A DNA stretch of 64,000 nucleotides from IMG/VR virus record IMGVR_UViG_3300026097_000011, positions 32,001 to 96,000 of that record; one strand, written 5' to 3'. The DNA is from a virus. Below the pieces are notes generated by a model. It made no database searches. It was not told the DNA's origin and worked only from the letters and a program-made list of their open reading frames with translations. The position numbers and the translations under genes were made by a program. Positions 54,678 through 64,000 of this stretch are shown piece by piece (positions within the stretch are counted from its first letter, which is position 1; each line of letters opens with the position of its first letter).

Positions 54678-57263
54678 TTATCCACATTTTGAATTTCCAC
54701 AGCCCATACATGTTAAACATCCTTCTTTATATTCAAGTGAATCAGATCCACATTCATTACATGTCTTACCTGATTGAACAGTTCCATCCTTTATATACTT
54801 TTTAATCATTCGCTTAACTCCTGATTTCCAAGTACTTATAAATTCTCCATCTAGGTTCAATCCGTCTAATAAGTCAATTACGTATGGAAGAGGCATTCCA
54901 TGTCTCAATATAGCAGATATAGTTTTAGCCATATCATAATATCTATCATCAAACGCATGATTTAAGCTAGGAATTCTGATATCATTTCCGTTTTTATCAG
55001 AATAGATGAAATCATAATTAGATTTTCCATCGTCTCCTTTTGTTCTTTTAATGATTCCATTATCGACATACGATGGAATAGGAAAATTATCATGATTTCC
55101 AGTAAATATCTCGTATGGCTTTCCATCTAGTTCTCCTATGAATCCTACCCATTTTTTTCCTTTATTCATAAATGTCAACACTGATGTATCTAATGACTTA
55201 GGTCTCTTGGGTGCATGGTGTTCTGTGAAGAGTGCATCTTTTTCTTTTTCTTCTTTTGAAATTAGAACCCCAGATCTTGATCCGTCTCTATATATAGTAC
55301 ATCCCTTACATCCATGCTTCCATGCGGTGATATATACATCGTTTACAAGTGCTTCATCTACATGTTCAGGAAGGTTAACAGTTACTGATATAGAATGATC
55401 TACCCATTTTTGAATTGCACCTTGCATTTTTACTTTTTCTACCCAATCCACATCATTTGCCATTCCTTTATAATACGGTGATTTTTCTATCAGCATATTA
55501 ACAGTTTCATCGCTTAATTCTTCTAATGGAATTATTTTGTCTTCTCTACTAAGATATTTGTGACCTGTGATTTCAATCCATTGTTTAAACGCATGATGAA
55601 ATACATTATATTCTTCCCAATGGTCTCCCACTTCATCGACAAATACGGCGTTGGAATTTACATCATTTGGGTTTACCTTCTTACGTCTTCTATATGCTAC
55701 CATAAACGCAGGTTCAATTCCAGAAGATGTCTGTGCCATTAGAGAAACTGTTCCAGTTGGAGCAATTGTAAGTAGAGCGATATTACGTCTACCATACAGC
55801 ATTAAGTCATCATATAACTTTGGATCCTCTTCTTTGATTCTATTTAAGAATGGGTGATCTTGTTCTCTAGCCGGATCCCATATTTTGAAAGTGCCTCTCT
55901 CTTTTGCAAGAATGTTAGATGATCTAAACACTTCAAGTGCGTATGTTTTATGAATATTTTCTGCAAATTTGGTAGCTTTCTTAGTTCCATATGTTAGTCC
56001 TAATGCAGCTAACATATCTCCCTCTGCAGTAATCCCAACTCCAGTTCTTCTGCCTTCCTTACATTTTTTCTGAATTTTAGTCCAAAGTTCAATCTCAGTT
56101 CTTTTTGTAGTTTGAGATTCTGGATCATCTTTCAATTTATTTAAAATTCCATCGATCTTTTCAACTTCTAGATCAACAATATCATCCATCATCCTCAATG
56201 CATATGCTGCATGCTCTTTAAATAATTCGAAGTCAAATTCTGCGTCTTTAGTGAATGGATTCTTTACATATGACAACAAATTAACTGCTAGTAATCTACA
56301 AGAATCATCTGGGCATAATGGAATTTCACCACACGGATTAGTAGATACCGTTTTATATCCTAGATCAGAATATCTGTCAGGTAAAGATTCTCTGATTATT
56401 TGATCCCAGAACAAAACTCCAGGCTCAGCTGATTTCCAGTTATTAGATACTATTTTATTCCATATAGCATGTGCATCTACTTCCTTAGTAACAGATGGAT
56501 TATCAGAGTCAACTGGCCATTGTTGTGTGTATTTACCGTCTCCAGTAACAGACTTCATGAAATCATCATGTGCTTTAATGGATACGTTTGCTCCGGTAAC
56601 TTTTGTTCCATCTAACTTAGCATCAATAAATGCTTCAGAATCAGGATGCTTAATAGACATTGATAACATCAATGCTCCTCTTCTTCCATCCTGTGCAACC
56701 TCTCGAGTTGAATTAGAATATCTTTCCATAAATGGAACGACGCCAGTTGAAGTAAGTGCAGAGTTATTAACTCTACTTCCACCTGGTCTAATTGCTTCTA
56801 ATGTGTGCCCAACTCCACCTCTACGCTTCATTAGTTGAACTTGTTCTTGATCAGTATTCATAATAGCTCCGTATGAATCAGATGGTCCGTCGTGACCAAT
56901 TACAAAACAATTAGATAGAGATACAGTTTGGAAATCGTTCCCTATACCACTCATCGGAGATCCTTGAGGTATAATATACTTGAAATCTTTTATGAGTGAC
57001 AGAATGAGCTCGTATGACATAGGATTATCATATTTTTGCTCTATTCTTGATATTTCTGATGCAATTCGTACGTGCATGTCATCTGGAGTAGATTCATAGA
57101 TGCTTCCATCTGAATCTTTCAAAGCATACTTGTTAACCCAAACATCAGCTGCTAAGGTATCTCCATTGAAATATTCCTCAGATGCAGCAACTGCTTGTTC
57201 TCTAGTATACACTGTTAATTTTTCTTTTTTAGCTTTAAGCGTAACTTCCATTGTTGTATTCAT
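54678..57263 (-). CDS. nrdJ: Class II (AdoCbl-dependent) ribonucleotide reductase
   Basis: SLSNCFV, VAQDGRRGALM, TNPCGE, TIAPTGT, C-terminal EGCLTC..CG.SKC; no small subunit adjacent. Confidence 0.92.
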   Translation of the reverse strand: MNTTMEVTLKAKKEKLTVYTREQAVAASEEYFNGDTLAADVWVNKYALKDSDGSIYESTPDDMHVRIASEISRIEQKYDNPMSYELILSLIKDFKYIIPQGSPMSGIGNDFQTVSLSNCFVIGHDGPSDSYGAIMNTDQEQVQLMKRRGGVGHTLEAIRPGGSRVNNSALTSTGVVPFMERYSNSTREVAQDGRRGALMLSMSIKHPDSEAFIDAKLDGTKVTGANVSIKAHDDFMKSVTGDGKYTQQWPVDSDNPSVTKEVDAHAIWNKIVSNNWKSAEPGVLFWDQIIRESLPDRYSDLGYKTVSTNPCGEIPLCPDDSCRLLAVNLLSYVKNPFTKDAEFDFELFKEHAAYALRMMDDIVDLEVEKIDGILNKLKDDPESQTTKRTEIELWTKIQKKCKEGRRTGVGITAEGDMLAALGLTYGTKKATKFAENIHKTYALEVFRSSNILAKERGTFKIWDPAREQDHPFLNRIKEEDPKLYDDLMLYGRRNIALLTIAPTGTVSLMAQTSSGIEPAFMVAYRRRKKVNPNDVNSNAVFVDEVGDHWEEYNVFHHAFKQWIEITGHKYLSREDKIIPLEELSDETVNMLIEKSPYYKGMANDVDWVEKVKMQGAIQKWVDHSISVTVNLPEHVDEALVNDVYITAWKHGCKGCTIYRDGSRSGVLISKEEKEKDALFTEHHAPKRPKSLDTSVLTFMNKGKKWVGFIGELDGKPYEIFTGNHDNFPIPSYVDNGIIKRTKGDDGKSNYDFIYSDKNGNDIRIPSLNHAFDDRYYDMAKTISAILRHGMPLPYVIDLLDGLNLDGEFISTWKSGVKRMIKKYIKDGTVQSGKTCNECGSDSLEYKEGCLTCMGCGNSKCG

Positions 57264-57269
57264 TTTTTT

Positions 57270-57713
57270 TTATTTTGTACCAGTAGATCCGAATCCTCCT
57301 TCTCCACGGTCAGTTACTAAATCTCCAAATGTCTCTTCTTCACTAGTTGCTTCTTCAACATTTACGTAATTTACAGGTAAGCATAACAGTTGAACTATTT
57401 TGTCTCCTGGATTAACAGATTGAGCAATATCACCTACATTTTTAAGGTCTATATGAATTTCACCCGTGTAATCTTCATCAATTACACAAGCTCCAACCAT
57501 TAGACTTTTCTTTGCGGCTATTCCTGATTTATTCATTGCAACTAATGCGTGTCCACTTGGAACTCTAGCTTTAATCCCAGCTGGGATAAATGCAGATTGT
57601 CCTGGTTCTAGTACAATTGATTCTTGGTCATTTGGAACGAATAAATCGATTCCAGCTGATCCACCAGTACCTCTTACTGGCATTTTCACATCTCTAATTC
57701 TTAGAATTTTCAT
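57270..57713 (-). CDS. dut: Trimeric dUTPase
   Basis: SAGIDL, KSG, IDEDYTGE, RGEGGFGSTG. Confidence 0.95.
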   Translation of the reverse strand: MKILRIRDVKMPVRGTGGSAGIDLFVPNDQESIVLEPGQSAFIPAGIKARVPSGHALVAMNKSGIAAKKSLMVGACVIDEDYTGEIHIDLKNVGDIAQSVNPGDKIVQLLCLPVNYVNVEEATSEEETFGDLVTDRGEGGFGSTGTK

Positions 57714-57746
57714 ATTTTATTTTTGTATTTACAGTTTTTACTAGAC

Positions 57747-57776
57747 TGCTCTGCCACCTAACCAGGTGGCAGAGCA
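57747..57776. promoter_or_regulatory. Perfect 13-bp GC-rich hairpin in dut-nrdJ leader
   Basis: TGCTCTGCCACCT-AACC-AGGTGGCAGAGCA. Confidence 0.65.
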
Positions 57777-57842
57777 TGCTCTATTTTATGTTGTTAAATA
57801 TTGAGTAAATTTTCATGTTCGAATTTATTTATCAGTTCTAAA

Positions 57843-59033
57843 TTAATCAGATTCTACAAATTCGAATTTTAAATTTTTATTTATTGGATCTACTTTAGAA
57901 ACCTTTACCATTGGGTAGTGATTAAGGTTTCTCTCTAAATCTCGTCTTCGCATAGTAACATTAAATGATTCACCATCTATGTATATACTGATTGAATTAT
58001 TAGAGGAATCTACTTCATATTCGAAGCTTTCTCCTTCTGTCCTAGATCTAAGTTGATCCCATCTTTTCTTTTCAGAGTCAATAGTGTCAGGATCAAGAGT
58101 TAATACAATACGATATTGAGATCCTTTTTTAGTAACATTTTTGATATAGAAATCTATTTCATCATCTGCTTTAAGTGTTGATTTAACTTCATTGTAATTT
58201 TCAAATTCAGACGAGTGAATTAATCCAGTGTAATATCCTTCAAATTCTACAAATACTCCAAAATCATATGGACGATTGGTTAATATTCCAGTATATTTTT
58301 TACCGAATTGTAATTCACTAACCATTAGCGGCATAGACCGTTGAATATACTTTTTGTAAGATAATATGAATAAATCATTTGATCTATCATAATTATCTAC
58401 CATTACATTTAGAGTTGCTCCTAGTAATTTGGAAAAATCTCTAATTACATTAGCACCTGCATGAGATCCTGGGATAAAGCATTCTATTGTATCTTTATAT
58501 ATAGCAACATATCCACCTTTTATTAATTTCTTGATTTTAACCTCAAACCATGTTTTATTTTCAGCATGTTTATGTAGTTCATTAGCATAATTTATAGATA
58601 CGCATCTCTTTTGTGATCCTATAAAACTTCCACTTCGATCATTTTTAATAATCATTACATTAAAATCTACTTCACTTTCTCCCTTTGAAAGATCTTCAAC
58701 TGAAAATGCATATTCATTAAATGGGATTATGATTTCAACACCAGCATCGCACTCTGTTGCTTTAATATATTTGTCATCAAATGATATTTGATTTGCAGTA
58801 ACATCATATATTTGACCTATCGTCAAATCCTTACATGCGTGTAAATTATTACCGCTTTCAAGCTCATACTCCTTCATCTTGTCATATAGTTCCTGAGCAT
58901 AAGGTTCTTTGCAATATATTTTGATGCCCGCTTTAGCATCCTCCTCTGTTACTTCAACACCAGTATTGTACTTACTTAAGTGATTATCGAAAAGGTCTTC
59001 AACATCAGCAGGGTTATTTTTTTTCGTATCCAT
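57843..59033 (-). CDS. Ribosomal protein S1-like multi-S1-domain protein
   Basis: IKGGYVA...CFIPGSH...VMV and GILT..YDFGVFVEFEG.YTGLIHSSE S1 motifs. Confidence 0.8.
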   Translation of the reverse strand: MDTKKNNPADVEDLFDNHLSKYNTGVEVTEEDAKAGIKIYCKEPYAQELYDKMKEYELESGNNLHACKDLTIGQIYDVTANQISFDDKYIKATECDAGVEIIIPFNEYAFSVEDLSKGESEVDFNVMIIKNDRSGSFIGSQKRCVSINYANELHKHAENKTWFEVKIKKLIKGGYVAIYKDTIECFIPGSHAGANVIRDFSKLLGATLNVMVDNYDRSNDLFILSYKKYIQRSMPLMVSELQFGKKYTGILTNRPYDFGVFVEFEGYYTGLIHSSEFENYNEVKSTLKADDEIDFYIKNVTKKGSQYRIVLTLDPDTIDSEKKRWDQLRSRTEGESFEYEVDSSNNSISIYIDGESFNVTMRRRDLERNLNHYPMVKVSKVDPINKNLKFEFVESD

Positions 59034-59052
59034 ATTATTATTTTTATATAAG

Positions 59053-59080
59053 ATTATACTACGGCTAAATTCTTTAGTTT
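59053..59080 (-). promoter_or_regulatory. AAAC-N17-GTATAAT promoter-like motif
   Basis: Upstream of S1-like gene. Confidence 0.6.
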
Positions 59081-59087
59081 TCTAATT

Positions 59088-62000
59088 TTACAAATAAGAT
59101 CTAAAAAAGCCTACTTGATCTGCTCCTGTTTTAATAAATTCATCTAAGAACACTAAAAGTAATATATTCTTTGCAGTTAATCTTTCCCATGGAGGAACAT
59201 CATCTGCACTTAAAATTGGATGAATTTGTTTAATTGAACCAAGTGCTCCTGCTACTCCAGCGCTCGCTACTAATAATCCTGCGACTGGATTATTCACAAC
59301 TGGAGAAAGTGCAGTTTTTAATATACTAGATGCAGTTCGTACCGCCTGTTCACTTATAACAAATTGAGACTTAGATTTAGGTATTGAGAATTTTAATTGT
59401 CCCTTTGCTATAAATAATGCTTCGGCAACTTTACCATATGGTGGAAAATTAAATACAGTACTCTCCAAAACATTTAAATCTAATCCTTTTCCTGTTTTAA
59501 TATGTGGAGCATTTATAATTGCATAATATGGTTTTAGTGCATCTTCTAATTTGTCAGTCATTGAGTCTATGAATTTTTTCATAAACGCCTTTATATCATT
59601 TGGATTAGAGTATATAAAATCTGTATCTAAAGGTTGAGAATTTTTAGATAATAGATTATTATTTAAATACTCTCTAATAGCAGATTTAATGATAGGTTTA
59701 ACAATTGATAGATTAATAGATGTCTGTTTGCTAAGTTGTTGTTTTGCTAAAATTTGAGGAAAGCTAGCCTGTTGCATTGATAATGATCCAAGTATTCCAC
59801 TAAACATATCAGTCCCAGCTTGTAAATTTAATTCGGGTTTAGGAATAGATAGCGACGTTGGTATTGCAGTTTTTATAATATTTAATAGTCCAAGTCGCAT
59901 ATCTCTAGCTGAAATATTAGTCTTTCCTCCAAATAGTGATTTTAACTCAGCTTCTGACATATTATCTATTACGTCTTTAACTAATCCTACCCCCTGTGAT
60001 ATTGCTGCATCTACTAGCGGTGGAAATGGAAATCCAATTGAAAATGGAGGCTTAGGGCAGCATTTAGCAAATGGATCTATTGATATACTCACACCTGCTA
60101 GTGATGATATTATGGCTGGAGTAAGTGATAGGGTTTGTTTAACTCTATCTGATTCCATTGCCTTTGATAATTCTCCTTGAGTTTTATCAAGTTTTTCTTT
60201 TGCTTTAGCCTGTTCATCGTTACTTTTAGATTTTGATGCTTCTACTTCATCATTTGCTTTTCTAAGTTTATTAGTAGCAGATCCAGAATCAACAGGTAGA
60301 GATCCTTTTCCCTTTGCTTTATTTGCAACTTTATCTATTGCATCCTTCATTAACTCTCTTATTTTATCTATATCTTCATTAATATTTGTATTTATAGATT
60401 CTATTGCAGATTCAATATCTTGTTTATATTTTGCAATCGCAACACTAAACATGTTTTTAATAGTCACAGCTTGATTTGATATAAATTCCCTGTCATTACT
60501 ACTTGCCATTTCATCAGCTTTATTCTGAGCCTCATCTGTTACCTCTGGATTAGGATTAAGTTTATCAGGCTCCTTTGGAAGTATAATTTTAGAAAATATT
60601 ATTTTATCAAAGTAATCAAGTAAATCTTCAATATATGCATTTATCTTATCATCAATATTTAATCCATCAGATTTAAGCTTTTCATTTATTTCTTTAACTT
60701 TAGAAGTTTCACCATTTTCCATGGCTTTTAATTTTGCAGCTTTGAGTTCTTCTCTTCTTTTAAATGATTGTTCTTTTAGTTTATTAATTCTATTAATTAC
60801 TGGCTTTCCGAGATCATCCATTGTTTTGAATATTTTTTTCTTAATATTCTCAACCATTTCTTCTACTTTTTCTCCTTTATCTGCTACTTCTTCCATTTTA
60901 GTAGATTCAGGCTTTGCTTTATCAATTGCTTGTTTTTTGATATTTGCTATTTCTTTTTCTGCTTTATATATCCTAACTGAATCTCCGGAGGCTTTTGCTT
61001 CTTTTAATTTTTGTTCTAATATTTGGATTCTTTCTTTTTCATTTTCATTTAATAGTTCATCTGGTTCGAGAGTTGGAACCTTAGTGATATCTAATTTAGA
61101 CTGAGTTGATAGTGGAATTTTAATAATTGGTTTTATTAGCTCATCTTCAGAATCAGATCCAAATTTCTCAGAAGATCCCCTAACTGTAATCAAATGTTGT
61201 TTATATCCAGAAGCTGACATAAAAAATACGACTGGTGATATAAATATCCCATTTACATTTAAGAACGTTACTAAAACTCCAAGCGGGGTAGATATTGCAA
61301 CTAATGGAACCCATACTTGAGGTAAAGGTATTTTAATTAATTTAGCTGGAGTGGGTATTATTAATCCAACTGGCCAATATCTAAATGTATTGGCATTTTC
61401 AGGGATTGGAAATAATCCTTGGACAGTTGCTAGTTTTGCAAATTCCTTCCAATAACATAGTTGACTAAAATTAGGAAGTGATGTATCAATTCCATTTATA
61501 CTTTCAAAAAACGGATCGCTTCCTAAAACTGATTTTACGTCTTCACATGGATTCTCTTCGTCTGGTATATTACCAAAACATTTTTCATTCTTTTCCTTTA
61601 GTGATGTTTTTATTTTTTCTGCGGTTGGAACATCTTCTAATATTTCTTCTATTCTACGAATTTCATTTTCTAAATCAGCTATTCTTTGGGTGAATATTAT
61701 ATTGGAATTATTAACTGCTTCGATTACAGTTTGTGATCCATCATACATTCCGGTTCCAACTGTTTTAGTACTGCCATCTGGATTAGTAACCTGAGCAGTT
61801 CCAGATTGATTAAACAAATTAATTCTTCCAATTGACAATAGTATTTCTACATCCTGTCTCGCAACTAATTCAAGCTGCGATTTAATCGATGGTAGTTCAG
61901 ATTCAATTATTTGTTCTCTAATTTGCTTGCGTCTGGTTTTGTAAGTTTCATCAAATTCCTGATAAAAATTTTGAAGTTTATCTAAATTACTAATAAAATA

Positions 62001-63239
62001 TTCAGTTCCGTTTTCTTTTTTAGTTTGTAAATCCTGTCCTTCTAATTTTGGATCAAGGTGTATAATATCGGATGTTAGTCCTCGCTCTTCTAGTGTAAAA
62101 AAGTTATTAACCGGATCTTCAAATAAATTATAATATCGAGTATATAAACTTCCTCGTGAATCAAAGTCTTCATTTGCAGGAGTATTTCGTATTGTATAGC
62201 CAGGTCCATCATTAAAAAATGAATTTTTAAGTAGAAAAGGATTATTTTTAATCATAAAATCCTCTTTGTATATTGATTTTTCTCCCGTATTTATATCAAA
62301 ATTTTCTTTATCAAGTGAAATAGAAAATAGTTCTTGATATTTAATATCGAATCCGACTAAGGGATTTGATATAACATCTGTAAAGTTTCCGACTGGAGTC
62401 TTTACATCTAGTGATATATATTCAGAATATCTACTGAGACCATTATTAATTGAGTTTATCGTGCTGTTTGATATAGTGTTTTTAATCTCTCGTACCAATT
62501 CAAGACGCCTAGCTGAGCTTGCATTATCTGCAATATTTGCATATCCATTAATTATACCATTTGTCATAGTTGGATATTTAGCTTCAGCTCCTCTTCTTAA
62601 ATTTTCTTGTTTATTAAATTTAATTTCATTCGCATTTATTATTCCCCAAAGTCTTACTATTTCGGCTTCAGCATCTTCTATTATATCTGAATTAGGAACA
62701 GCTAAACTTTGCTGGTAATTTATTCTAAGTTGTTGATTTGGTATAAGGCTATTTCTATGATAGTCAATGCTATCTCTAAGTCGTTTTTGTTCAGCTAGAA
62801 TAGGAGCAAATTCACCAATAATTATTGCCATTCTATTTGAGCGTTCTTCGTAATAGTATTTTAATGGAACTAGTGTATCTTGTAACTCATATAGACGATT
62901 TACTAAAATATTATATTTAGAATGTTTATCTAATTTTTCCTTTACTTCGGCATTAACTTCTTCTACAGATTCGAGGCAATCTTCTCCATTAAAAATTTCT
63001 TTTTTATTATCTTTAATTATGATTGGAGATTGATCTATATTATCCGCAGGAGCACCTTGGTCGCTACATGATATATCTTCTAAGCTAGTTGCAATTGGTG
63101 CAACAGATGATTCACCTTCACATTTTGAAACTTCAAGTAACTGTTCTAGTTGTTTTTGTGTAAATTTATTATTAACTTCATCTACTGATAATCCAGTGAT
63201 TATTGCTATTTCATTTATTAATAGGTCTAATGATGCCAC
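59088..63239 (-). CDS. Large helical late protein (1383 aa), probably structural
   Basis: GTG start after ATAAATAAGAATAA (63242-63255); coiled coils plus Pro-rich hydrophobic segment. Confidence 0.6.
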   Translation of the reverse strand: MASLDLLINEIAIITGLSVDEVNNKFTQKQLEQLLEVSKCEGESSVAPIATSLEDISCSDQGAPADNIDQSPIIIKDNKKEIFNGEDCLESVEEVNAEVKEKLDKHSKYNILVNRLYELQDTLVPLKYYYEERSNRMAIIIGEFAPILAEQKRLRDSIDYHRNSLIPNQQLRINYQQSLAVPNSDIIEDAEAEIVRLWGIINANEIKFNKQENLRRGAEAKYPTMTNGIINGYANIADNASSARRLELVREIKNTISNSTINSINNGLSRYSEYISLDVKTPVGNFTDVISNPLVGFDIKYQELFSISLDKENFDINTGEKSIYKEDFMIKNNPFLLKNSFFNDGPGYTIRNTPANEDFDSRGSLYTRYYNLFEDPVNNFFTLEERGLTSDIIHLDPKLEGQDLQTKKENGTEYFISNLDKLQNFYQEFDETYKTRRKQIREQIIESELPSIKSQLELVARQDVEILLSIGRINLFNQSGTAQVTNPDGSTKTVGTGMYDGSQTVIEAVNNSNIIFTQRIADLENEIRRIEEILEDVPTAEKIKTSLKEKNEKCFGNIPDEENPCEDVKSVLGSDPFFESINGIDTSLPNFSQLCYWKEFAKLATVQGLFPIPENANTFRYWPVGLIIPTPAKLIKIPLPQVWVPLVAISTPLGVLVTFLNVNGIFISPVVFFMSASGYKQHLITVRGSSEKFGSDSEDELIKPIIKIPLSTQSKLDITKVPTLEPDELLNENEKERIQILEQKLKEAKASGDSVRIYKAEKEIANIKKQAIDKAKPESTKMEEVADKGEKVEEMVENIKKKIFKTMDDLGKPVINRINKLKEQSFKRREELKAAKLKAMENGETSKVKEINEKLKSDGLNIDDKINAYIEDLLDYFDKIIFSKIILPKEPDKLNPNPEVTDEAQNKADEMASSNDREFISNQAVTIKNMFSVAIAKYKQDIESAIESINTNINEDIDKIRELMKDAIDKVANKAKGKGSLPVDSGSATNKLRKANDEVEASKSKSNDEQAKAKEKLDKTQGELSKAMESDRVKQTLSLTPAIISSLAGVSISIDPFAKCCPKPPFSIGFPFPPLVDAAISQGVGLVKDVIDNMSEAELKSLFGGKTNISARDMRLGLLNIIKTAIPTSLSIPKPELNLQAGTDMFSGILGSLSMQQASFPQILAKQQLSKQTSINLSIVKPIIKSAIREYLNNNLLSKNSQPLDTDFIYSNPNDIKAFMKKFIDSMTDKLEDALKPYYAIINAPHIKTGKGLDLNVLESTVFNFPPYGKVAEALFIAKGQLKFSIPKSKSQFVISEQAVRTASSILKTALSPVVNNPVAGLLVASAGVAGALGSIKQIHPILSADDVPPWERLTAKNILLLVFLDEFIKTGADQVGFFRSYL

Positions 63240-63262
63240 TTTTATTCTTATTTATTTAAACA

Positions 63263-63289
63263 CAAAAGCCCTCATTAAGAGAGCTTTTG
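63263..63289 (-). terminator. Probable terminator after groEL
   Basis: CAAAAGCCCTC...GAGAGCTTTTG imperfect stem. Confidence 0.55.
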
Positions 63290-63313
63290 GTTGAGAAAAG
63301 GTAAAGAAGTAAT

Positions 63314-64000
63314 TTATTCTTCCTTAACAGTCGGTTCTTCAATTAATACACATTCCGTAGTAATTAACAAACCAGATACAGATGCAGCATTTTCAATGGC
63401 TGATTTTGTAACCTTGGCCGGATCAATGATTCCCTCTTCGATCATATTTACATATTTACCGTTTCGAGAATCATAGCCATTTGTATACTCATCTGTTAGA
63501 TTCATGGCAATAACTTCTGAGTTAATACCAGCATTTTTAAGAATCATGTTGAACGGTTCCTTACATGCTTTAGTTAGAATATCTACTCCGATATGCTGAT
63601 CATTCTCAGTTACAACATTATCATTTTCAATTTCCATAGAAGCTCTGTATAATGCAATTCCTCCGCCTGGAAGTATTCCACCATCTACTGCAGCTTTAGT
63701 AGCAGCAAGTGCATCGTCAACTCTATCTCTTTTTTCTTTTAATTCGATATCAGTGTAAGCTCCAATTCTTAGAATTGCTATTCCACCTTCTAGCTTAGCT
63801 AATCTTTCTTTTAACATTAAGACTTCAGATTCATCAGTTTGAGCAGAAATTTGAGATTTAATCTCTTCTATTCTAGAATCAATTGCCTCTTTAGATCCTC
63901 CTCCGTTTATCACAGTTGTAGTTTTTTCAGATACTATGATTCGATCAGCAGATCCCATTATATTAGCAACTTTAGATGGGTCTATATTTGAAATATCATG
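63314..64000 (-). CDS. groEL: Chaperonin GroEL, C-terminal part (5'-truncated by window edge)
   Basis: LKERLAKLEGGIA, EKRDRVDDALAAT, PGGGIAL, GIIDPAKVT; frame open to 64000. Confidence 0.95.
   Translation of the reverse strand, partial: HDISNIDPSKVANIMGSADRIIVSEKTTTVINGGGSKEAIDSRIEEIKSQISAQTDESEVLMLKERLAKLEGGIAILRIGAYTDIELKEKRDRVDDALAATKAAVDGGILPGGGIALYRASMEIENDNVVTENDQHIGVDILTKACKEPFNMILKNAGINSEVIAMNLTDEYTNGYDSRNGKYVNMIEEGIIDPAKVTKSAIENAASVSGLLITTECVLIEEPTVKEE

Noticed and set aside
581-63476. Many short antisense or alternative-frame ORFs in the track (e.g. 5644..6189, 7743..8249, 41428..41811, 60721..61104)
   Set aside because: They lie inside well-supported genes and have shadow-ORF composition
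1-64000. Stop-codon reassignment, as seen in some large phages
   Set aside because: Conserved genes are intact under code 11, and TAA, TAG and TGA all end genes at expected positions
1-64000. CRISPR array or tRNA genes
   Set aside because: No regularly spaced direct repeats and no cloverleaf with a TTCRA T-arm seen by eye; the 42-nt periodicity at 19.8-20.3 kb is protein-coding

Overview
This AT-rich, densely coding window comes from a large T4-superfamily (jumbo-type) myophage. The host is most likely Bacteroidota, inferred from the Bacteroidota-type NrdJ and Hc1-like protein and from A-rich start regions lacking Shine-Dalgarno sequences. Virion genes (baseplate gp53/hub/gp5-like, protease-scaffold fusion, gp23 capsid, gp19 tube, gp18 sheath) are scattered as late islands, each behind a conserved ATAAATAATAAAAA motif. 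They are interleaved with minus-strand DNA-metabolism operons (topo II, DinG, gp46/47, gp41, UvsX, N-half of a split B-family polymerase, RNase H, gp32, ThyA, dCMP deaminase, NrdJ, dUTPase), many preceded by a second motif, AAAC-N16/17-GTAWAAT. Most notable: (1) an 8.3-kb glycan cluster (NeuB/NeuA-like, HAD phosphatase, two Cst/Maf-like sialyltransferase-type genes, two pyruvyltransferases, GT8, GT-A, methyltransferase); (2) a second TS-fold gene with the T4 gp42 dCMP-specific signature, implying modified cytosine; (3) about nine late proteins with T4 capsid-targeting-like motifs, mirrored by about 11 tandem 14-aa repeats in the scaffold; (4) two GC-rich structured intergenic RNA candidates; (5) phage-encoded bS1-like, GroEL/GroES/DnaJ, Hc1 and stand-alone PAS proteins. 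All calls come from reading motifs by eye; no searches were run.
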